DNA of 64,000 bases from Balanoglossus misakiensis (taxonomy: Eukaryota > Animalia > Hemichordata): contig CM082592.2 in NCBI GenBank assembly GCA_040954595.2, positions 2,731,462 to 2,795,461 of the forward strand, read 5' to 3'. Below are positions 55,452 to 64,000 of this stretch, piece by piece. Below the pieces are notes generated by a model, which did not search any database, was not told the DNA's origin, and saw only the letters and a list, made by a program, of their open reading frames with translations. Each line of letters opens with the position of its first letter. Position 1 is the stretch's first letter. A program made the position numbers and the translations under genes.

Positions 55452-58400
55452 CTAAACAACATAAAGAATATCTTGCAAAGACAAATGAAAATTCCCCGAA
55501 TATGAATTTTCTTAGAAATGCAAATTAAAAGCTGGGATCTGACTTTTTTGTGGTTTTTCTTATATGTTTCTAGAGATTCAGAAGAAAGAAGGAACCCCCA
55601 TAATGGCATTCTCAAAATCATACCGAATGACACTAAATTAAAATTGACCGCGTTTAAATTGCACTTGAAAGTAAAACGTATTCAAATCGAATATAATACA
55701 CTTTCGTTCCGTTTTCCCGATTGCCAAGTTTTATTCTTTACCTATTGCTATAACGACACATCACCTGTGCAATATTTCAGTGGTTGTGTTTATGCTGTGA
55801 ACGTGTCTCAGAAAACATTACCCAGATAAGAATGACGTCACGGTAACTAGATACGGGAACGGGTAGCATCAGTTCGACAGGTAGATACCTTCTGAGTTAT
55901 ACTTTTGGTATTTCAAGTTTTGGTTCAGCTGATTTGGCTGTTACTTTCGGGTATTGAGTTCCTGTCGTTGTTACTCCCCCCCCCTCTCCAAACAGTCGGA
56001 ATTTTGATTGTTGTAAAATATGACTTCTTAAAGGCGTTGTCTCACTATAAAATCAATAAATGCCGGTGACTCTCGAGTGATGAAACCGGGTCCAATGTCA
56101 GCTCTTGTGAAATCTGTTGGAAGACCATGAGTGTCGCAGTACTTTGGCATAGACAACGACAAATATCTTGGAAATGCTATGGTATTCAATGTACATAACG
56201 CACAAATGAATATTCCAAGATGGAGAAAAATGGTTGTAACAAATCACCAACAAACAGATTTAAGGAATATCTCCGACTGATTTATTTGCACTAATGAAAT
56301 ACGATAATGCAGTATCGCATTTCTTAGGATTTATTTGTGATTTTACTGTTTATCCCAGGCACGTATTAAAATGTGGAGGTCTTACCGTAATCATGCGAAA
56401 ATTAATAATTCAACCAAAATAAGAGCTACGACCTTCTCTGAGACGTACATTACTTTGAATAATAATCACTGTTATGTCAAATTGAAGACAATTAACAGGA
56501 GGGCACAATTTATCAAATGGGCGTACTAGACCCTTGGCGTGGCATCCCAGCTCATAGAATCGCAATTAACACAAAGTGTAATATTCTATGCACGCCATTG
56601 ACCGGATATAATGTATCTGAACATGACAATGGCTTTTATGGAAAAAAAATCTCATTTATAAATCTTTTGCAGTTCAGTGACCTTCGACCTTGCCATCGTC
56701 ACAGGCGACTGGTCGGTGTCAGCTTTATACAAATTCCATTAAAGAACGATTGGGGGTGTTTGATTGGCTATTCAGCTTGGCATTTAGTATGCGGCAAATC
56801 TGTCGGTAATCTTCGTGATGGTGAATGCGGTTGGGGGCATGGAGAGCCACACAAAAGAGCCCAGCATTTCATTCGCATGTGTGTCTGCTGTCAATCGATG
56901 TATTTACTTTATTATGTGAAAATTAAAACTCTGAAGTGACGTCTTTCAGAATCCATTTTGTATTTAATTTGACGCGTGTTTGAACTGTATTCAAGCGAGC
57001 TTTAGACTTTGTCACGGGCATATTGGATAGTTGGAGGAGTTTACCTGCAAAGGGCATCCAAACCAATGCGCTAAGGGGCATGGGGAAATATTGAGGAATT
57101 CATGGTTATTTGAGTATGAAAGATAAATAGATTGGAGGGAGACAGTAATTCTATTGACACCGGGTAAAATGAAATTTACAAAGTTGTTTTCAATTTATTG
57201 GCAGAGCCAGATTGCATGTCAGTTTCGCCACAATCGCTACAAAACAGGGATACGCTCGCAACAAAGACACTCGCCTACACTTTTTTCTTCTCTGAAAACG
57301 TATACACGTCCCGTTTTAGTGTTAGCCTTACTAACAAAGCTAATCGAAGTTCTAAATGAACGAAAATGGTTTTCTAAAGGGGACAGCCACTTTGCAAGTC
57401 CAATCCACGGTTCCATAACGGCAGCCAGTACATGTAAAATGATACCTGGATCGCCATCCAAATTATGAGATAGAGAGAAAAATACTTGGGTCGGATCGTC
57501 ACGCTACCTAATATGGTTCTACGCGCACACCGAATTTTCTGTCGCCAAAGTTTTCAATGTAATTGCAACTGATGGTCACGAGCTGTTCTGGCAATGATTA
57601 TTATAGTTATAAAGTAAATCATCGAACGAAACACCTCCCCTGAATTTATTACATCTCGATACTGTGATAATACAAAGATCACAGCAGAGAAATGTACAAA
57701 ATGTGATGTTTGATAACGTTTGTGGGTACAAGGAAACCATTACTAAATCTCCTCGGAAGAAAAGCATTCTTTAACATCTGTACAGAACACACTGTCGAAA
57801 TACTTTATGGTTGTTTTTGGTTGGGTAAGTATGTTGTAATGTGACCAAGGGCGAAGACAAGTGTAAGGATGATTCACATCATGGACAAATACCGTGAGAC
57901 CGATGTCACGATCATTCAGTTTGTAGAGGAAAAGGGGGGGGGGGTTCGTAATCTCGCGAAAGTTTCACATTTCAATTTTTTTTTAATCTTGCAGCCAGTT
58001 TGCCCCTCTGGGCATTGCACTGTGCATTTGTTTGCACAGAGAAATTAGTGTTGGACGCAAAAAAAAAAATTCTTGGTGTTCTTGCCGGAGCCTTAACCGG
58101 GCTCGGGCACACAATATAGTACGTGTAAGTTTTCCATCTGAAAGGTTTGTTTCATGTTTCGGTATATCATCAACGATAAAACTGAGATATGTATCCGTCA
58201 ATGACAACATAAAACATTTATTATATAAAATTTCTACTATTTCAGCGAAATACATCGGAGCAATTTAATTGACAGTGTCATATAGGCACTGGCATATGCA
58301 TGCATATTCCTCTATTTTTATTTCCAGAAAGATGCACATCGGTAGCCATAGTAACGACGGAGAATATTATTCCACGGCTAGTGTGATCGAGCTGTTCAAG

Positions 58401-61400
58401 AGACAGAAAGTAGGACTGAGTGGAGACTGTCAGATCGTCTGGCCATGTCAGCTTCTCATCGCCACTCAACATTTGATTAGCAAATTTAACATCGGCGCCG
58501 ATCGTCATAATTCGTCATCGAGTTCAACATAGTGAGCATTTCCCAATTGTTTGTTTTACTAAGTCTCTTGTATGGGGCAGAAATTGGGATTTATGAAGAT
58601 GCTTATTACAGCCGTCTTGATTGACAGTTTATTGTTAGAGAGAGAGGGTGATCCCTTTGTTAACCGACCGATAGATCCCAACACGAACTTCATTGCGACC
58701 GCCATGTCATGCAGATTTCATAATTAGAAACTAGCCTAGATATTGATTGATTGACACAAGAGGCTCGCCAGGCTAAATCGAATACCTGGCGCCCACATTT
58801 ACATGGTCACGGTGGGAAGATACGCTATTGACACGCGAACAAAACGTGACAAAGTACTCTTAGTGGTTGAATGATAGGGGAGCCTTATTAGGACAGACTG
58901 GTGCCGCTTCACGCCAAGGATATATTGTCAATTTAATCATTAAACTAGAGTGTTCATCTTTACTATGACTGTCATTCCAGCTACAAGTATCCCTGTTTGA
59001 GTTTCCAGAGGATATACGTACACAAAAGAATCACAGAATAGGAAAAAAAATCAAATATCTTTCATGCATCGCTATCGCCAAATTTCTCCTGGGATGTGTT
59101 ACACCTCATCACAAATTCTATTATATAATTGAACACAAGTATCCATGTATTGGGTATGCATATGACGTAAATATGTCAATGTCAAAACGAGGCAACTGTT
59201 TTAAAGGTGGATGACAGGCAGTTAGAGTTGCGAAAATCAATATATTTGTATTTTATTCAAATGTTACTTATCACGTACGAATTATGGACCATGTTTGCCG
59301 CGAGTCCGGATTGCTTGCGTTAATCCCTTTCAGGTCTGTGTCATATTTTGATCTTTAAAGTTCAAATCGGGGCTTGATTTGCATTGTCACAGATTGAACC
59401 GTCTGCACTTCTCATCTGTGGCGTTTCCAAGTGCGATTCGCTGAGGAGCCGAGAGCGAATATTCTCTACACAAATGCCGCAGCGGGCTATTAGTGCACGG
59501 AGTCACCCACGAGTCGCCATTTCCCGCGCCGTTCGTCGGGAGGTCGTCATCATCTACTGAGTCGTCGCTACTAACCGCCCCAGATCGCCGGGGATTCCAC
59601 TCCACATCAGGATATAAGCCATGAATGAATGAGAAATCTTGACGACTGCGATGACTTTATGCGGATGTAAGAAGGGCACAGTGGGACACTGATTTTGTAG
59701 TATGTGGCCATTACTGCGTGCTTTCACCTTTTTTCGTCGTATGGAGAGAGGTGTAGGCGACAGTGGCAGCCTCTCCTGCGTCGATTTGCACGTCTCTGGT
59801 CGTCTCTGTCAAACACATCTCATAATTTGATGTATCTTATTAAATCGGATTTAGACACACGTGGAAGTATTATTCAGGGTCCAACTATTCGCGACAGTCT
59901 CCAAATTTCACTTTGGTGTCCAATTTCAGCGTTTGGTGACGTATGCTGCCAGCTCATTCACTTGAAAACTAATGTCATCCTCTCCTGGCGCCCAAATTTC
60001 ACATTGACGACAAACCGCTTTTCCGGATTTTACCTCCACTGAACCAAGAATCATGTTAAAGGCTAATTAGAGTATTTGTGGGTCAACGTAGCATCAAGCA
60101 TCTTGAACTAGTGTGTTACAGGTTGAAAGATTTTACACACTTGCTACTATAATGACATTTATTTTTTTGTTGGTAAGTATGCGGGAGCTAAGGCAATTAC
60201 TCGCGAACACATACAAATATTCCCGCTATCTTTCTTGGAAAATACATATATTACTTCTCATAAAGGGGAACGACGCGCTATGACGTCATCAAACTACAAC
60301 TTCCACAAGATGCGTCTTTCACACAAATGAGTTGAGAGGCCATCTTTTATTTTTCTTTAATGATTTGTTTTCTGGTAAGGAATTGGTAAAGCGCAATGGG
60401 TAGATTCTGGAGTCACGTATTCGATAATACATATCTGGTACACATCATTTACTACTCATACTGTAGACGGTTATAAGTTCTGTAAAACCCTGTCCGGATA
60501 TTGAAGAAAGCTTATACATTGTACCTATGGCCAGCAGACAGCTACGGCCAGAGCCGATGATTTTGGAGATTCACGCATGTGATGCAAAGGTAATTTAAAG
60601 CTATAAAGAGAACAAAAGAATAGTTACAGCGAGATGTTGTTATTTTGTATAACCGAAAGGGGGCTCTCAACAACTACATGGGCTCTGGTGTTTCCGTTTG
60701 GTGTGGCCCTGCACAAACGTCGATGAAATAAAAATGTTTTTTTTTTTCTCTCTCTCCCAAGCTCCTGTCTCGTGTGCGTCGATCTCAGCCAGATCCTTTG
60801 GATACATACGGATCTGACTGGAAATATTAATTCAAATCCATAGAATGTAGCAAGTAGTTGATATGTTGGTCAAATTTAAAAGTCCCATCAGGAGGATCGG
60901 AGGACATTTGTTTAGAAATGTGAACAAAAAGGGGACCTGTTCGTGGAGAAAGGAGCAATATTCACCACCAAAGGTCGTATAAAGGTAACCAGTTCGCTGG
61001 TAATATAGTTTATCACCACGGTAACGTCAGTATAGAAGATTAATATTTGTACATGTGTGATAACAACGGAAGGATTACAGGACACAAATGTTGCAGATTT
61101 AAATACATGCATGTAGCATGCAACATGTGGTTATTTGTGAACTGCATGCTGGCAGCCTTCACGACCAGAGATGAACATTTCAACCCGGCATTTGTGTTTT
61201 TTACATGAATAAACAAGTTATGTTTGTCATTTTTTTGTGTCATTACTTTGTGTCCTCTGGTTCACTCAAAAGTGTTTTATAATATATTGGAATGTTAAGT
61301 CGACATAATTTATCATAAGTTGTAATTAGTCCTCTCAAATCCTGCAATGACCAAATTTTCCGTAATGAAAGTACTGTTTTATTTTATGTCCATAAGACCT

Positions 61401-64000
61401 GTTGGAGTTCGGATGTAGCGCCACAATGTTCGAGATCATTTCCCTTAAACACAAATATCGAACACTTCTTCAAAAGTTGGCGACTTTGTTCTTTTATGAT
61501 CCTGGGTGATATCCGTCATCCGAACGTCTCAAGAGCACTTTCTCAGATTTGATTTGAATGTCACGAAGTTTGCCTGAGATACGCTTCTCGTATACTTTGG
61601 ACTGTGACACTTTGCGCCATTGGCATTTTTGTCAAAACACTTTAAATTTGCATATCCTGCCAAATATCCGTGCATGATCAATGACTGCAGCATGATTCGC
61701 TAAATGTGTTGTCACCATCATCAGAATATGTGATGTTGAAGTCATTATGCAAATTAACATTGATGATACAAGCCTCACCATTCTACAAAACTAATTCCCT
61801 AACGATACTTCATTATTAAGATATCCTGGTAAAAGACAGATTGATAGCGGTGCGACATTTGTTCGCCTTGTTAACATGGAAGATAAAATGGCCGAGAAAA
61901 TGACGGTGTAAAAAAAGTTATTATCATCGTACACTTGGAGTACAATGTCATAGCAAACATTGCCAAATAAATACAAAATGGATGTAATATACTCCAATTA
62001 TCATGGGAAGTGACATTAAAGCTTACAGATAGATAACATTAGATGTTCCATTAACCATATAATCATGTCGCTGATCTAGCATGCAGAACTTTCCCTGCTT
62101 GTACGGTGACCTCAATTTGCCACCGACGCTGAACTTCGAAATAAATAAATAAATAAACATTACACGCATGTATCCAGCCAGCCAACCGTCCAAAACCTGT
62201 ATGCAGAAATCTCGCTATTTATTTTTATTACCAGAAAGGGACTTTCTCGCAAGTATTCTTGTGACAAAATACCAATGAATTCATGACACGGTGAAATACA
62301 GGCTTACAGGGAAATCACAATTAACTGACATCGGCGCTTGTCACGTGACAGATTTCAAACCACAGTCAGTCTACACATATTGGAAACGGTTATCGAAGCA
62401 ATGGAATATTTTGTCAGGGGAAAGGCCCCTGAACAAAGTTCTCTCTTGTCCGGACACTGAACAGTTGAAGAGTTGTGTCCAGAAAGTGGCAACGTGTCCA
62501 CAAAGCAGAATTGATGTGTCCGGACTGGTGGCGCCCCATGAGGAGGAGGGACCATGATTTCATTTAGTGTCGTCTTCCTAACTTTTCTTCATTCGACAGA
62601 GATAGATTTATTTAGTGATTGACATTAGTTGAATCTACATTTACAATGGGTTTACATATCAATGCATTAATGCTACTTTGCCCGGCAGAAGCTAATCGTT
62701 TTCCTAGGCTTGTCAGATGGCTTATTGGCGAGCGGGGCTGACAAGGCAACTAGGACGGACTCTACTCAAAACCGGATCACTTTGTCGCCGACGGAAAGGT
62801 GACGCCGCGCCGATAACAGCAATCCACCATGACCAGATTGGATCAGGGCCTAAAAACGTGTATCATATGAACACCTGCACAAGCAGTTGCTTCAAGGAGC
62901 AGGCATAGACTGCACAGCGTCTTAATTCCCTTCAAGGAATTACACACAGAGCCACTTGATGTCTTCCACAATGAATCAAGAAAGTTATCACCAAATAAAG
63001 GTGTGGCTGTAATCCAATAGGAATGTTTTTTAACCTACAGTAAGCTTTAAAATGTGATAATTACAAAACTGTCCCAAGAGCAGTAAAACGCTTATAGGAA
63101 AGGTTGAAATCAGACGAGTGCAAGGTTTAAATATTAGATAAAACGAACAAGCGGTGACTAAAACACAAGAAAGACAGAAAAACAGGATGTTTCGGGCTCA
63201 ACCTTTACCCAGTTCGGCTTATAAAATCCATGATATGAACGGGGCCGGTGTTGTGGAAAATATGCGCTTATGTTAGGATGAAAGCCTATATCTATTACTA
63301 ATCGATCTTTATATTTTTGCAGGAAAAATAAGACGCGTTTAAATTAATTTACATATATCCTAGGTGAATATTTCATAGTGTTTACACATCACTTTTCAAT
63401 TTGGTGTTATAGTGCTGTCACACCATACAGCCTGACAACTCTTCAGCTTATGTGACGTCACAAACCGCCACAAAAAAAAAACATATGTTTCAACAAATTG
63501 TCGTGACGTCACTGACGAATTTGACACATCAACAAAGAAATGAAGTGCCTTACAAATCACAAAACTTCCGTCCAAATATTAAACGCAGACTAAAACATTT
63601 TAACATACACTTCACTCTGGGAAAATACATAAATAACATCCTCCACTGTCTATCGCCAAGGCGGCCACCAAGCTCGAGCTTCAAATAGAATGCATTATAC
63701 ACATATGACAATTTACATAACGCTTTCAGGAAATATCGCAAACGCCCACCCTGATCTCTTTTTAGCTTGTCTCGCAGTAAAATATGATGAAACGAGATCC
63801 TTGTAGTTATTCACCAAATCATTTACCTGGGAGGTATTCTGATACGACTGGGGCTTTTGTTCAGATAAGCGCTTTACTTGACGAGAGTATATTAATATAT
63901 TATATATTTCAGGGTTCCTTGCAGTATTTTGTTGGTATCTTGTGCCTTAGTTCTCCCAGGTGATATGCATGTAATATTGATATGCCAGCCTACACAATTT

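Noticed and set aside
61445-61656. Minus-strand frame with a single in-frame TGA (…RKCS*DVRM…) as a selenoprotein or pseudogene
   Set aside because: No recognisable family, no SECIS identified, and short enough to be chance.
62415-62545. ORF 62291..62557 and repeated TGTCC(G/A) units as a gene or CRISPR-like array
   Set aside because: The units are short, irregular and degenerate; more likely a decayed transposon fragment.

Overview
AT-rich animal genomic DNA, most likely from an invertebrate deuterostome (a low-confidence impression from protein sequence and repeat style). The window is dominated by the 5' half of a musashi (Msi1/Msi2/Rbp6-type) RNA-binding protein gene on the minus strand. 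I reconstructed seven coding exons by hand with GT-AG boundaries (68, 41, 82, 85, 42, 93 and 49 nt). They give [153 protein letters not shown](G), i.e. RRM1 and half of RRM2. Intron 6 is 27.9 kb, intron 7 is over 21.6 kb, and I could not find exon 8 in the window. A CpG-rich, motif-dense promoter lies at about 52.43-52.8 kb, followed by about 11 kb of upstream DNA. The introns carry several MITEs, microsatellites and many RFX X-box, octamer and nuclear-receptor motifs. The most interesting signals are regulatory: an RFX-rich promoter and intron landscape echoing the mouse Msi1 intron-6 enhancer, candidate frameshifting (poison) exons in intron 7, a UAG cluster in the gene's own 5' leader, and a mirror-symmetric, possibly bidirectional promoter. 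Nearly all ORFs in the supplied track are spurious. I recognised no RNA genes, CRISPR arrays or autonomous transposase genes.
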